Shown: positions 29,878-44,470 of the stretch, piece by piece
How positions within the stretch are numbered: the stretch's first letter is position 1
Layout: the number at the start of each line of letters is the position of its first letter
Assembly: GCF_009914755.1 (NCBI RefSeq)
Contig: NC_060925.1
Length of the DNA: 64,000 nucleotides
Origin: the human T2T-CHM13v2.0 reference genome, Homo sapiens
Reading direction: 5' to 3' (one strand)
Position numbers and translations under genes: made by a program
The notes under the pieces: generated by a model
Told to the model about the DNA's origin: nothing
Database searches by the model: none
Seen by the model: only the letters and a program-made list of their open reading frames with translations

Positions 29878-30461
29878 TTTCACTGCCCTAAAAATCCTCT
29901 GTCCTTGGCCTGTTCATCCCTCTTATCCTCCTAACTACTGGTAGCCACAGATATTTTCCAGATTGGCTTATTTCACTTAGTAATATGCTTTTACATTTCC
30001 TCCATATCTTTTGTTGGCTTGATAGTTCATTTCTTTTTAGAATGGAATAATATTCATTGTCTGGATAGACACAGTTGATCCATGCACCTACAGAAGGACA
30101 TATAGGTAGTTTTTAGGTTTTGTCAATTATGGATAGAGCTACTGTAAACATCAGTGTGCAGTTTCTTGTGTGAGTATAAGTTTTCAGTTTATTTGGGCAA
30201 ATAAAGTACAATTGCTGGATTGTATAGTATGAGTATGTTTAGCTCAAAGTGGCTATACCACTTTCCATTTCTACCAGCAATGAATAGAAGTTCTTATTTC
30301 TCCACACTCTTGCCAGCATTCAGTGTTGCCAGTGTTTGAAATCCATTCTATTAAGTGTGTATTGCTGTCTTATTGATGTTGTAATTTGTAATTCCCTAAT
30401 GACATAAAATGTTTAACATTTTTGATATACTTATTGTATACTTAACTGTCATCTGTACATC

Positions 30462-30771
30462 TTTTTTTTCTTTCTTTTTTTTTTTTTAAGACAGAGTCTC
30501 ACTCTGTTGCCCAGGCTGGAGTACAGCGGCGTGATCTCTGCTCACTGCAGTCTTTGTCTCCTGGGTTCAAGCAATTCTCATGCCTCAACCTCCTGAGTAG
30601 CTGGGATTACAGGTGCAAGCCACCAAGCCCGGCTAATTTTTTGTATTTTTAGTAGAGACAGGGTTTTACCATGTTGGCCAGGCTGGTCTCAAACTCCCAA
30701 CCTCAGGAAATCCACCTGCCTCAGCCTCTCAAAGTGCTAGGATTACAGATGTGAGTTGCCATGCATGGCCT
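30462..30771 (-). mobile_element. AluSx-like nested in L1
   Basis: TSD tgta(c/t)atctttttt. Confidence 0.95.
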
Positions 30772-31530
30772 TGTATATCTTTTTTGTATCTGTTTAATCT
30801 TAGCCCATTTTTAAAATTGAGGGGTTTTTTTTTAGTATTTAGTTTTAAGAGTTCTTTGTATATTTTGGGATAACAGTCCTTCATCATATATCTCTTTCTC
30901 AAATATTTTCTCCCAGTTTTTGGCTTGTTTTTTCATTCCTTCCAGTTAAGAGTTATCATTTATATAGTTAAGACTTAAAACATAGAAACAAGCAAACAGA
31001 ATTAAATAACAAGTTCAACTTAAGAAAGCATAAAACTAAGTATAGAATTCCTTGTATCCTTCAACGAATTATAGGTAAAATATCTTTTTACCAGATTAAA
31101 CACTTTCTGGCTTTTCTTCCTAGCAGATTTGGCTTTACTCAGTAGGTTAGAGAAGTCATAGAGAAGGCTGTCAATATGACAGATGTGTTAAGCCAAGATG
31201 CAAAGTATGTTTTTGAATATTAAGTGAGAATTTCTGCCATCTTCAAATAGTATACAGATAGTTAAGGTAAACATATTCTGATTAGGTTCTATTCTTTCTA
31301 GTTCAAACCATTGCTTGTTTTTTTTTTTACCTTATATGTTGCCCAAGATGGTTATAAGGAAGAGACCAGTTGCCTTTTCTTTAAAATTTAGATGTAAGGA
31401 AAATTTTGCCCACGTTCAAATTCAGTATCATTCAAATTCAAGACAGTATAAAATTTGACATAATTGTTTGAATGTTGGAGGTACTGTAGTTTGTATTAAG
31501 GTGTTAAAGATGGTTATAAATTGGTGTTTA

Positions 31531-31878
<348 letters not shown>

Positions 31879-33627
31879 ACAATTGAGAAAGGTAGAGATG
31901 AATATAAAGTATACGTATGTCCTAATATGATAGACTACCTCAATTCCTGAGTTGAAAGGTAAACTCATAATTTCTACTTTATTGAATTTGAGCAGTTTTT
32001 TTTCTTCACTGAGCCCCAGTTTATTATAGAAAGTAGATAATACATCATTGGTTAATTTTGTGTTTTAAAAATGGTGTGTTTGAGAATGTGTTATAAACTT
32101 TAAAGCTATATAAATGATACCTCTTAACTGGACTGTTGCCTTCCCACATATAAGTATAATACAGAAAACTGCTGAGAATGGATATCATTTTTTCTGTATT
32201 AGATACGAGACACCTAACTCTTGGCACCTTTTTTTTTTTGTTTTAATTGTGGTACTCCGGGCATCTTTATTAGAATTTTCCTATATGTAAGATAGTATAA
32301 ATAATTATTGCTTATATAGAATAACTTGTCCTTTTTTAAAAAAAAAACTTAAAAATCCCAAAACCCTAATAGTTTAGCAGATTTTCCCCTTTATATTTCT
32401 CAAAAAATGTGATATTCAGTCATGTAGTGATGGGAGACATGTTTATTTCTTTAATGTAGAAAGTTTGTCTTTGAAAAGTTCACATTAAAACATTAGAATT
32501 TTTCCATTAAATTTGAAAGCCCCCCTTCCTTTTTTTTTTTACATGTGATGATAGAGATGGGCATAGAAATTTCAGTACCATTAAAATATGTTTTCATTGT
32601 ATTTTGCTCCTCTTGTGTTTTTCACTCCCTTTCTTCCATGTTATCTCTTCAGCAGTTGAGAATCAAGTAAATAAATACACTTGTAATTCAGGCTGTGGAC
32701 ATGGTAAAAATATTGTATTCACTCTCCATTTTCTATTTCCTGTTCATTTAAAAGTGTGAAACTAAAGGCTCTAGTAGTAACTGATTATAGTATACTGTCT
32801 TAAGTATTCTGAGAGGCTCATCCTAAAAAGTGAGAAATGAAATGCTTTCTTAAAATGATATTTGTTTTAATATTTTATAGAACAGTCACCATTTAGTACT
32901 CTTTAAAGATAATTGTTGGGGGGGGCAACTTAAAAATATATAAAAGTTATAACACTTTGAATTCATTAACAAACCAAAAAAACAAATCCTACTATTACTT
33001 TGAAGTATTTGATTAACAAATTAATGAGAATTTTGCTACCAGTATTGTCTCTTTGCAGCAGTTGGGTACAAACTAGTAGGTGTCTTAAAGTGATACACTG
33101 TATTATACCTGAAGATCGTCCTGCCAAATTTTAACTGTTTTTTCACTCTAAAAACCTGCTCATTGTTATCAAGGTAGTTTTGCTGCTTCGGATGATGCTT
33201 TATAACATGACCTCAAGTTTTTAGCACTTTGGCCTAGAGATCTAAAAGTAATTATGTAAATATTTACTGGTTTATTTTTCAATATTAAATGTGAGTTTCA
33301 CATGCATAGTTAGGTCTTTTGCAAAGCAATTCGTAGACATGTGAGTGTACCTTTGTAAATACAAAGAAGTATGAAACGTAATACATACCGTGTGAGGAAG
33401 ACGGTGAAAATATGTGCTTCAGTTAGTCCCTATTGTAGTAAGGTGTATTTTGTATAAAATAGGCCCCCTGCCTCCCATTTTTTTTTTTTTTTTTTGCGGG
33501 GGGATGGATTGAAATTGCCCAGGGAAAGTAAGGTTATGGCCTAGATTTATGGAACTAGCCTGGCTCCTTCAAAGCTTTTAACCAAAAAAATTTTACTTAA
33601 GCACAGTTAAAGGTAGCACCTGACTAG

Positions 33628-33972
<345 letters not shown>

Positions 33973-35588
33973 TATGTTTCTTATTAAGTAAAATTCATTA
34001 TATTTTTGGTTGTTATACTATCCATTCAAATTCCTTGAAGTTTATTTCAGAACTGGGTGGCATGTAAATAAATAGTGCAGCAAGCCATTGTTTATACAGG
34101 TTTGGCACTTAAAGAGTAGTCAACAAAGAATGTAAAGGAGAAACAAATGTAAACATAAAGTTGAATAGTTGCCAGTGAATAAATGATATCACCCACAGAG
34201 ATTATGTAATTTGACTACGCAAAACCTGCTAGACAACATCTGCATTTGAGGAGCAGAGGTAAAATTGCCATAAAAAAAAACGGAACAGACGTGGGAGAAT
34301 TAATGTTTTAGAAGCCAGTAGCAAAGTACAAAAGAGATACTTGAATTTTCTTGATGATGATGAAGATTTTTATTCTATTTTGACAGCTCAAATAAAAGAA
34401 CATGTTAGGATTTTCGAGATAGGAGAGTTTCAAGATAGAAATCAAGAAATAGCAATTAGCCTTGCCTTGCATAGACCAGCAGGAATTAGGTAGTACTCTG
34501 GTCACATGGAGCCAGATGATGAATAAATATAAGACCTGAATTTATAAAGTAGGGATAAACTTCTAGGATTTTTATTCTATGAGAAAGAGAAAAAAATCTA
34601 GCTTTAGAACTTTAGGTATAGTTTAATTAACTTAAGCTCTATAAGCAACAAAGCTGATTTCAAAGCTCAGTGTTTTCTGAAAGGTTGGGATAATGGAAGT
34701 AAGCTCTAAATGTAGGCACCAGAATAATCTATTCCCTTTCTATACCCCATTCGGTAACTTTTCTGTTCTTGAATTTCCCTTTTCTAAACTTATCAATATC
34801 CTAACCTATTATCTCTAAGTATAATAATTACACTTTATTTTACTTTTTAAACTCGAGAGCATATGGAGTGGTGAGAACTTCTTGTGTGCCAGAGGCTTTG
34901 AAGGAATGTGTTGTTGTATATGTATGTGCATTACTTTGTTCTGTGGTTCTTTACATTACAGTGGATGCAGAGTGAGACTGGAAAATTGAGTGCATACTTC
35001 CACATTCAGTTAGAAGTAAGACTACATGGAAAGGACCATGTATGCCTTAGTCTGGAATAAGCAGAATGATCTTACCCTCTACCATGACACCTCCCATTCT
35101 TGCCACGAGGCAAGCCATATAAATAGGGACTCTGTAGGGGATGGGAGAGTTTATAGGCCATGGCTTCTATTTTAAGGGAGTTATTGAGATTGTTAGAGCT
35201 ACGGAGGAGCTTGAGGCTCATCATATTCTAATTCCCTTTAATTACACTTGGGGAATTGATGTCATTATAATTGGTACACTTAGTTCACATAGCTACATGT
35301 ATATTCTCACTTTTAAAAAAATCTCCTTGAGAAGGAGTGGCAATTTGATATTCTTTTTACTTTGCAAGCCTTTAGAACAAGGTTGGATTATTTTCCACAG
35401 GGGCTGAAACCTCAAATCGCCTGTACCTAGAACCTCATTCATTTAATATCTTACTGGCATGAAAATGTATTCATAAATAACTTTGAAGTTCAGTTTTGCT
35501 ATCTAGACTTTTAACATGTCTATTATTTTCAAATATACTAATAGATACTAATTTTATATAAAATATTTAAACAAGGGAGATACTTAAT

Positions 35589-35617
35589 GCACACATACAC
35601 ACACACACACACACACA
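35589..35617. repeat. (CA)n microsatellite
   Basis: Seen directly. Confidence 0.9.
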
Positions 35618-36707
35618 CCCCTTTACTATGGGAAGTGGTGAATATTGGAAGCCTCTCAGAATTTAATCAAGAAAATTCATTACAATGCACTCACAGTTCT
35701 GCCAGTGTACTCTGGCAGACTTCATGATTATAGATTTCGGCTTGTGTATACTCTCGTTGACGTACAGTCCTCTCAACTTTTTACATTGATCATCCATTCT
35801 TCATAAAGAAGCTTTGTATCCAAGTCAGAGCTATATGAAAGATATTTTTATTTAATTAATATTTGTTTTCTGATTTTTCCTATAGGTAACAATAAACTGT
35901 AAACTCATCTTTCTAAAATCTTCATATTTCTTCCTCATTAATGGCATTTTTCAAAGGGAAAAATTAGTGCAGTATGTCTTATGGTGTTTCATAATATTTT
36001 GGGGTTGGTATATTTTATTCCTGAATTATTATGAATGCTTACTAGTCAGGGTTACTCTTGCTTAGCATATTCATTCAGTATACTTACTCATTCTCTTAGG
36101 ATCTAAGCCTGCCATGTCTCAGAAACTGCATTCTTACCCTTATGTTATTTATCCCAGGTGCTTTTATCTACTTGACATGTCAGGTTTATCCACCACTTGT
36201 CCATTAGGGTAAAATACATACGGGGGAAATGAAATAACTTGGCCGCTCCTAACCCATCATGTCTATGCAATCTACTTAGGTTATTTTCTATTAGTTGATG
36301 GATTTCTACTAATTCTCTCACTCGTGGCCTAGTTGTTTCAAGACAACTAACTGGTATTACAAGCACATCTCTGTGGCCAGTCTACTAATATAGATTCTTG
36401 AATTTTAGTACAGTAATAAATAACCATTAAAGCTCTTATTGGTATACCTAATTGGACACATACTTTGCATGTCACTTACTGATGGACATTAAAGCAAAGC
36501 ACTCATAGGAAGGGGAGACTGTTGGCAGTAATAAACATGAAACTTATTAAACATTCACATTTAGTGTGCAAGAAAGACTAATAAATTTTGAAATGGTTTA
36601 GAAGATAAATTATCTAAATATCTTTTATGACCCTGCTTATCAAATGTAGAAAAGAGAGAAATAATGTCACATCAAAAATTCTGCCCTATAGGATCCTTGG
36701 TTTCTCC

Positions 36708-36980
36708 TTTTTTTTGACAGGGTCTTACAGCTGGAGTGCAGTCTCTGCTCACTGCAGCCCCAGCTTCCCAGGCTCAAGTGATCCTCCCACCTCAGTCTCC
36801 CGAGTAGCTGGTACTACAGGTGCATGCCACCACACCCAGCTAATTTTTGAAAAGTTTTTTTACAGACAGGGTTTCTGCCATGTTGCCCTGGCTGGTCTCA
36901 AAACTCCTGGACCCAAGAGATCCGCCTGCCTCAGCCTCCCAAATGCTAGGATTACAGGTGTGAGCCACCAGGCCTGGCTC
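36708..36980 (-). mobile_element. AluJ with small deletions
   Basis: ggctcaagtgatcctcccacctcag AluJ signature. Confidence 0.92.
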
Positions 36981-38598
36981 TGTTTTTCATTTTAAAATGA
37001 AAATCAGTAAAACAGTTCTACTAGATGTTGAAGACTGAGAATACAGGTGTGAATTGGCTCATTTTCACTGGTACTTCTCATTAATTTAGGGGGTTTTTAC
37101 CTTTTGTATTATGTCCATTGATTGGTTGAGGAAACCAGAGTATTTTCCATAAGGACATTACATTAGTGGTCTTAAGTATTCCCTAAGGCTTATTCAGTGA
37201 AATTCAGAAGCTTGAAAGATACTTTAAAAGTTTGAATTTTATTTTATTTTTGAACAGATATAGGCTGGATAAGGGTAAGGGAAATTAGTTTTTGAAAGCA
37301 AAGCCATATCTCATTTCAACTTTGGTGATTTTGCTTCAGTTTTTATTTTTAGTTTTGAAACCAAAGCGGAGAGATGAAGAAATAAGATCAAAATCAATAG
37401 ACGTGAACGTGAACATTTCATTTGACCTCTGCATTTCAATATGATCATAATGATCTTTTTATAGTGCTTTTCATATCCTTAGGGATTATTATGTATTCCA
37501 CCTTTCTCATTTGAAAGGAGAGTATTATGGATGGGATGACAATGGTATTTCTGTGGTGTCTATATCATCACATACCTTGTAGTTTTTCACTCACCTAGAA
37601 CATTCCTTCCTGTACACTAAAACATCGGTTTCTATTTACAAAGTATGACATTTAAACAAGTTAATTGACAGAACTGTGTTTGACTGGTATCTCTAAAATG
37701 TACTAAACAATCAAGTGTTAAATGTATTTACTTACTGTCTAAGGAAAATTATTGTGGGTAATTAGGTTCATGGTGGCATTTTACTAATACACATTTATCT
37801 AAACGACCACGAGATCAGCTTTCATAAGACTATTTTCAGATACCCATTCAAGGACTTTGTTGTTCCTAAGTATGATTTCTTTTCAGTATGGATCTGCTTG
37901 TTGATGTCATACTAATAATATAAAAATTTTGCTTACAAGCATCCTTTTTAAAAAGTTATACTTTGAACAGATAAGAATAGATGTTCAGTTACAGTTGTAA
38001 AAAATAGAAATGAAATTTTATTGTAAGGTTTCACATCAAGGCAAAGTCAACTATTTTTGCTTGTAATTTGGCATTTTCTTCTGTTTTTTTTCTTTTTTTG
38101 ACACCAAAATTCATAGACAAATGCTACTGAAATGTAATATAATGCATGTTTTCTACCAGTTAAAAAAAGAACAAGTTGTGAAGTGTAATGTCACTTAAGA
38201 ATTTGGCATTGTTTTTAGTATGCTGTAAAATTTCCTATGGCATTTTTATTAGGAAAATAATACATGTGTTTATTAAAGCTTTGGAATAATGTCACTGAAA
38301 TATGCTGTTTATTAATACTTTTAATTTAATATTTAATAAATAATAGCAAACATAATTGGGGCAAAATTGAGACTTTTCCATTCTAATTATTCTTGTACAT
38401 TTTAAGGAGATATCTAAATAAATAAAATGCCTATCTGTATTTAATAGAGAAAACATCTTACTAAATTGGTTTACCCCAAATCCATATTTTGTTTTTGTAC
38501 TAGGTTAGGAACACGATAGCATGATGAGTCAGTATACTGTATTGACTAATTTTATTGAATGAAGAGAAAGAGAGAAAAAAAAAATACATATATATGTC

Positions 38599-38730
38599 TT
38601 TTTTTTTCTTTTTGTGGGGAACATGGTCTCACTATGTTGCCCAGGCAGATCTTGAACTCCTGAGCTCAAGCTATCCTTCTTCTACCTCCTTCAGTGCTGG
38701 AATTACAAGCATGAGCAACCACTCCTGGCG
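38599..38730 (-). mobile_element. FLAM/Alu monomer
   Basis: ggtctcactatgttgcccagg…cttgaactcctgagctcaag. Confidence 0.85.
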
Positions 38731-41700
38731 AGATAATTTGATATTAAATTATTTAAAGATCTTAAACTGTCATTTATTATGGCCCTATTAATTTTCCATA
38801 TATCCTATACTGAAATTGCATACCAAAACTATGATAGTAACAGCAGCAACAGCAACAACAAAAAACACCAGTACCTACTTTGTACATTATCTGAGGAGAA
38901 TAATTGTGGGTAATTAGGCTTCTGATGGCATTTTACTAATACATATTTTTGTGCCTTGCATATTTTAAAGATCCATTCTTTTTTCTTTGCTATGTATTTT
39001 CTTTAAGTATATTATAGCAATGTAGTTAGATTTTTTTTAGTGCTGTTTATTACTCCACTATTAGTTTTAGAGGTAATACATCTCTTGTGGATGTTAGAAG
39101 GAAAAATCTCATTATGAAAAAAATAGAAGTAAATGATTTTGTAGTCTTTAACACATTTAAATGTTGTATAAATAAATCAGATATATTGTGAAACTAACAC
39201 GTCACGGTTCTCTCAAAATTTGTTAACATGTCATATGTGAAGACCAAGAAAGACATAGTTTTAGAACTCACCTATCTACATTACTCATGGCTTTAAGAAA
39301 GTGTCTGAAATGAGAGTTGCTCTATTTAATTTGGCTTGAGATGATTCCAGTGGTCTTTCTGTTTGTTTTTTCAGACCGCAGATCTGTTATTGTTATTGAA
39401 CTCACCTGTAATTTGTGGAAATCTTACTCTGTCTCTAAAGATAGATTCATGGTAAACCCATGAAGGTAATGAATCTTAAAACATCACAGCCCTTCACTTG
39501 CGTGGGTCTCTTCTAAGGCATTTGAACAAGTTCATGGGGTCAAATACATACAGTAAAAATTGGCAGAAATACAATATTTAAACACAATCTCTAAAGGCTC
39601 TGATTTCATTCTCTGACTTTTCTGATATACTTCCCCTCATTTATGGTGGCTTAGGAATAGCCAAGCGCATTTAGAGATGCAGTTAGATGGAAGTTCAGTT
39701 GGTGTTAAATTCAATCTAGGTTTAGTGGAGTTATTTTTACGTGGTTTGTAGACACTTGTATACAGTTTTGTTACTGCTAACTATTCTGGTGAAGAAATGG
39801 CCTCTAGAAATACTTCTGTTACTCATTATACTTCCTTCCTGATCGTGACATAAATGTGCAAAGCCAGATGTCATATTGCAATTTAAATATGTCCTATGAC
39901 ACCTGAGATATGTGGGTAGTGGAAGAGAGATAATGTTTGTAGTGTATGGAGCCAGAAGCTAGTCTATGGAAAAATCCTTTCATTCATTACATATATATAT
40001 ATAACATTAAGGGACATTTGGTTTTCATAGATAGCTAATCCAAAGAGAAGTTTTCTCTTACATATTCTTGGTGGAGTATGTAGAGTACACAGAGCACATG
40101 ACAAGGGTAGTACTTAAAATTACCAATGTACCATACTTTCCCCCTCTTGATGAGTAAAATATGAAATAGAATTTATCAGAATGCCAGTGTTTGTAAGGCA
40201 CAGGCTGGAGCAGTGTAGCAAGCACGAGCTCTTGTGGCAGTGTGGGTGCATGTTTTATGCATCACAACTATCAGTAGTAAAAAACAAATTTGGATCAGCT
40301 GTTCACAGGAAAAGCAACATTATGGAAAGTAAACTGAAATTTTTACATGAAGAGACACTCATAGACTATGTCGCTAAAAATATTGAAGTATTAGAAAGGA
40401 ATATCAGGCAATTAATTAAAATGCTTTAGTTTTCTGGATTTTGTTGGTTGTGGTTCTTGTTGGCTTTTACAAATTTATTTCTTGTGATTTTTTTTTCTAA
40501 ATAACCATTCACTTTGGTATCTAATTTTCTATATGTAATTTTTCTATTTTGTTTTTTATAGAAGGACCCTTAAATTTTACAAGTTTTAGACCCCACAAAA
40601 CTTGAATTCACGCCTACCTTTTTTATTTATCAGGTGATAGTTTCAAGAAGTTGGCATAGCATTCCCCTGGACATTCACAGGTTGATATGTACATTTTAGG
40701 ATATTTCATTGTATCTTTAGATATCTTCTTTGTATTTCAGAGATTTAGGATTTGGGAGAAGAGAGACTGAAAGATTAAAAATTAAACAAATTCATTTTTT
40801 AAAGGACATTATTTAAGTTTATAAACTAAAACATTTATTTATTTAGTAAAAGCTTTGAGCTAGAATAACCCATTTTCACAGTTTATGTTAAATAAATGCT
40901 TGGCTTAAAGCCCTCCTATTATAATATGGACAAAACTAAATGGAGGAATAAACAGATTTTAAATAAATTTCACTAATATACTTTGCTTTTATACTCTCCT
41001 CCCCCTTCTTCTCCTCCTAATTTTTGGAAGTTTCCCTCACCCTCAACTCCCATTACAGACTTTATATGAAGAAAACTATTATTTAAGTTACTTTTCCTTA
41101 GTAATGGTGTTTCTGTTAGATTTATAATAAAAAACATCCTTTAGTAAATGAAAGCTTTTTTTTTTAAGTTTTACTCTTGGTACTTAGAAAAATCACACAG
41201 GAATAGAATGTATGCTGATTTTTTTATGATATTTTATAATTCTGTAATTTTTTTCATACATTTGATTATCTTATGACATCCTAAAGTGTTCTTATCATTA
41301 ATTAATAGAATTCTATGTAAACTTGAAAGAATGTTTGTAAGTAACTTTTGAAATCAAATTGTGAAATATGTGAATGAGACTGTACCTTTGAAAATGTACA
41401 AAAGCAGGTATGTTAGATAGATAAATAGTGGTCATAACAAATATATTATCTAATAAGTTGGTTCAAGGCACTTTTATATATCTTGCCATTTATTTCAACC
41501 CTTGATGAGTAGACCTTTATTAAGCTGTGATGATTACTGAATATGAAATGTAACCAAGATTATTTTTTATTCAAATATAATTTAAATATTCATCAAAGAG
41601 AAGTTATGCTTGAGACTGACAGAGACTATTAACATCAAAAAATATAATTAACTGCATTGGGTATCATGAAGCAGAGTTAGCCAAATAGCCGAGAGGTCTA

Positions 41701-41978
41701 ATTGCTCTAGAGTTTGAGAAGCAATGGTTTTATTTTATGCTGTAGCTGTGGAATTAATAGTAATGCGGTTTCCTATGTGGGCCAATTAAAAGCTGCCTGT
41801 TAAGGTTCACTGCTCTATAGGAAACCCATTGTATATCGCTTAGTAAACAGGATTGACATGTCAATGTGTACAAGAAGATAAAATAGAATAAAAACTGTGA
41901 AAATGAGAAGTAGTATTAAAAGAACTGTCCTTGAAAACAACTCATAAAACTCTTTACCATTAGTGTTATGGTTGGTGT

Positions 41979-42390
41979 TGTAGTGTGCCTCCCACGTTCG
42001 CCTTTCAGGATCAGGCACTGTTTCTCCCAGCTGTCAAGAGAGTTGCCTGCTGATGGGCTCACAGCTGAGTCACTCCACAGGAACTGCCACGGGCTGAAGG
42101 GATCTTAAACTCTTCTCCCCAGAGGCAGCCCCCAGTGAATCCCAATGAATGCCAGAGTACAAAGGATTGGCTTCTTCATCTTTGCTTCATTTCAGGGACA
42201 TCTCTGAAGGTCTCTGCCAACTCCAGAGCTCCCGCCCTGAGGAATTTGCTGGGCTTTTGTTGCGACTGCACTGGAGTTCGCCTTCTCACTCTCCCCAACC
42301 CTGCATCTGTCATGGCTTCAATGATAGTTCTAAGAGCACTCCCAATAAGCCTCTGAGAGATCTCTGCCTCAAATCTGTGCTTCCCTTGTT
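41979..42390 (+). mobile_element. ERVL LTR16-like solo LTR
   Basis: GC-rich island; cagctgagtc..ggaactgcc..ggctgaaggga and gagcactcccaataa motifs. Confidence 0.7.
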
Positions 42391-44332
42391 ATCCAACCAA
42401 AGAAAAGTGCTAATACATTATAGGAATCTAGTAATTAAGTATAAAAACTAAAGGTTTTAAAGGAAAAAAAAAACAAAAAAAAAGCCCAATTCAGGTCTAA
42501 AAATGGCTTTTTGCACTCAAAACGTTTATCTTTGTCTTGTCATCCTTTTTCTTTAATAAAAGTAATATTTTGACCTTTGTGGCTCTATTAAGCTTTTTAA
42601 CTGAATACAAAAAGAAAGTGCTTCTGATTGAATCCAAAAGGTTTTGCCTTGCCTTGGCTATAGAGGTTTAGAAGTGGGCAGACATTCTAATGGCATTTTG
42701 ACATTAATGAGGTTGCTGAAATGGAAAAGTTTAAGGGTCAAAGATAAGAGCAGCGACAAGTTATTCTAGTGTTTCTTTTACTTAATAATGTCATATCAAA
42801 TATGCTTAAGAAGTTGACCATGATTCCTTATGTAGAATATGTAATGTTTTATGAGTATACTACTTTAAGTATTATAATACTTTTTGCAAATAAAAAAATT
42901 CTAAGACTTACTATAAAACATGCCACCTCAGTCTATTAATATGTTTAGTTGCAACTTCTGCAAAACGTGTAAAAAATTTTAAAATTGCTTAATAGATTTT
43001 ATTGTGTACAATATGATAATGTGTATAGTGTGTCTTTAAACTGCAGTGATAAGGCTGTTTTCCTAGTCATTCATTATTTAATGTGCTTACTCTGTTTATA
43101 TCTGTGGCATAAGAGTGCACGTTAGCTTTCAGAAGAGCACAACATTTGCTGCTTCACAGCACACGGCCCTCCACTCCCAAGCCTGCACATGGTGTTAGTG
43201 ATAGTTAAAGCACTTGAGTCTAACATTTTATAGATTTTGATGAACCGAGCCTTTCAGACAAGTTACTGATATGAAGCTAATTCAGGCTAGAAGTATAATA
43301 TGAGGATAGACACTTTCTGCTTTCATTGTCACTTTTAAAAGCTTCTACAAACTGCTTGTGTAAACTATAAATCAGATACATTTTAGTTTGGTTTATATCA
43401 TATGGTTATGGAACCATGCTTGGCTTCTGAAAATGATATCTTGTCTTTCATTGATTGATTTGCTGCCAAATGATTAGTGGGTTCTGAGATATAGAAGCAA
43501 ATTGCCAAACACTCTAACAGTATTTATTAACAACTGGTAAGAATATATTAGTATATTTGTTAGAGTACAGTCTGATGTTTATGGAGTTAATATATTTTAG
43601 AATAAGGTAGAGCGTTATGCAGTGCATATGATTCAGAGACTCTTAAAACAGTGACTAACCCCTCAAAGGCTCTGTAGTCTGGTGAAGAAGAGGAGATAAT
43701 GTACAGAAATAACTGTGATACCAAATCTCCCTTATAGTGTAACAAACTTTCAAAAGCTGGTGGAGAAGGGAAAGTGGTAAGTTATGGCCTGAGAGGGGAA
43801 AAAATACTGTATGCTCGGGATACTGAGGAGGTCTGTTCAGGGAGGTATTCAGCTTCTGTCCCCTTTCTTTCACACTCTGTAACATGGAGCATGTTCGCCA
43901 GTTTCTTTTTCCTTTCGGGCATTGTGAGTGAATTCCCTCCTTTCACTTAAGCTAAGGAGGAAAGGATCTTTCAAAGATTGTGTTTATATATATCTCAAAA
44001 ATTATGAAAATAGTCGTACAGAATATCATATTTAAAAAACTATTTTTAACTCTGTAATGTCAGCATGGAAAATAGCACTAGGATTTGAGTCCTTAATATT
44101 AACTCCGAAACAGTAAGGAGTTCAATCTTTTTATAGTAGAGAAGAGTAAGGTACAGTTTGATATTCACTTGTTAATTTTTATCTGTATAGATATTATTCA
44201 GATGTGGCATATTTATGGTATTACTATGTTTCCAAAATTACAGGTATTTCTACACTTTAGGATATAACAGCACGTAATGTCTTCTACCACTTTTTTTTAA
44301 AACCAGCATCACAGATGAATAAAAAGTTATCT

Positions 44333-44470
44333 GGCTGGGCTCAGTGGCTCATGCCCATAGTCCCAGAACTTTGGGAGGCGGAGGCGGGAGGAATGCTTGA
44401 GGCCAGGAGTTTGAGACCAGCTGGACCAAAATAGTGAGACCCCATCTCTATAATAAATAAAATATAAAAT
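44333..44470 (+). mobile_element. FLAM-C/Alu left monomer
   Basis: ggctgggctcagtggctca…gagaccccatctcta followed by an A-rich tail. Confidence 0.88.

Larger units (their letters stand above)
29200..30945 (-). mobile_element. L1MB-type 3' end, antisense, with nested Tigger3 and Alu
   Basis: ttagagcagttttaggttc…gtacagaga; tggcttatttcacttagtaatatg; ccactttccatttctaccagcaatgaa; tattttgggataacagtccttcatca. Confidence 0.85.
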
